The notes under the pieces are model-generated. The model made no database searches and was not told the origin of the DNA. It saw only the letters and a program-made list of their open reading frames with translations. A stretch of 20,000 bases of DNA, taken from assembly GCA_051453625.1 (NCBI GenBank), contig JBOZIK010000001.1, positions 43,463,416-43,483,415 on the forward strand. Reading direction: 5' to 3'. Position 1 is the stretch's first letter. The number at the start of each line of letters is the position of its first letter. This document shows positions 18,990 to 20,000 of the stretch, piece by piece. The position numbers and the translations under genes are program-made. The stretch is from Welwitschia mirabilis. Its lineage: Eukaryota.

Positions 18990-20000
18990 TGTTGTGGTAT
19001 GAATTTATGGAATGTTTCATGCCTTGATTTAAATCCTGTTAATTACAAATAAGATGCACAAATATAGCACACTAGTATAAACAGACTGATCGGAATGTTG
19101 TAATTCCATCGAAGCCCAATAGTATGAATAATAAAGGGTTGATTTTAAGAAATAAATATGTAACTTTAATCTACTAAATTAAACTGCAATGCATGAAATT
19201 GAAATAATGATGCAAAACTAATCTATGAAAAGAAACAATGATGTACCTAATCTAATCAAGCTCAACCTTAACAAAGGTTGCCCTCATAATCTATATAATT
19301 AAAAAAATTTGTCACAAATCTTAAACAATATAAACGATGAGGGATAAGTTCCTACAATTACTGACAAAAAGGATAATTCATATTAAAAAGTATAAAAGAC
19401 ATTTGTATCACAAAGTAGTTACTACTCAATGGAGGATACGCCAACCAATACCAAGGTAATATCTCTCTAGATTACAAGATGATTCTCTGGTCCCAAGATA
19501 TCCTGTCATGAGAATGTCAGGTACTGTCAAAGATGATTAGAAATCAAGGGGGAGACCTTTATTTATAGTAAAAAAGGAAAGGAAACTAATAGAAAAGTAA
19601 AGGAGAAACCCTAGCTAACATCCATAATAAAGTCATAATAAAGAGGTAACAACTCAGGANNNNNNNNNNNNNNNNNNNNNNNNNNNNNNNNNNNNNNNNN
19701 NNNNNNNNNNNNNNNNNNNNNNNNNNNNNNNNNNNNNNNNNNNNNNNNNNNNNNNNNNNAACAACTCGGGAAAACATTCTGTAAAACTATAGAAGAACAG
19801 TGTCATCTCGATGGTTTTCCAGACGAAGTAGGGGACGGCAAGGATCGATAATTTGAACTCTGGTTCTGGTTTAGTTTATTTCCTTTTCTAACTGCATGTA
19901 AATTGTCGTTAACTAGTTCTTGATATGTCATCTACTAGTTTCATCTAGACAATTAGGAGACCATGGTATTTGGTATACAAGTCTTCAGTTTATTTGGAAG
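18990..20000 (-). repeat. LTR copy E (same subfamily as A/B), runs off the right edge; solo or 3' LTR
   Basis: Begins TGTTGTGGTATGAATTTATG and is continuously alignable with A 335-1200. TATA at 19560-19567. No PBS at its left boundary. Confidence 0.9.
19660..19759. other. Assembly gap (100 N placeholder)
   Basis: Exactly 100 N; the flanks overlap. Confidence 1.

Overview
Very AT-rich eukaryotic (almost certainly plant) DNA, made of nested, heavily decayed Ty3/gypsy LTR retrotransposons of the Athila lineage. There is no intact host gene, RNA gene or CRISPR array. Six related LTRs of 1.1-1.4 kb are present: A 335-1433, B 1835-3044 (solo LTR with AGCCA target-site duplication), C 9230-10594 and E 18990->20000 on the minus strand, and D ~13975-15129 and F 15983-~17305 on the plus strand. 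Also present are a tRNA-Asp-type PBS, a PPT, one full-length but pseudogenised gag-PR-RT-RH-IN region (3619-9134, minus), a second integrase C-terminal remnant, a decayed plus-strand extra-ORF C-terminus and four assembly gaps. The most interesting signal is a ~40-bp dyad motif with 8-6-12-6-8 geometry (TRTCRTCY-N6-TCRTCYRGAYGA-N6-RGAYGAYA). It occurs about 20 times: in U3 of every LTR, at a fixed ~117-122 bp upstream of the TATA box where measurable, and also in the 5' leader and 3' internal region. It is a candidate family-specific protein-binding site. A conserved GC-richer block of unknown function downstream of pol is present three times. All alignments and identities were judged by eye.
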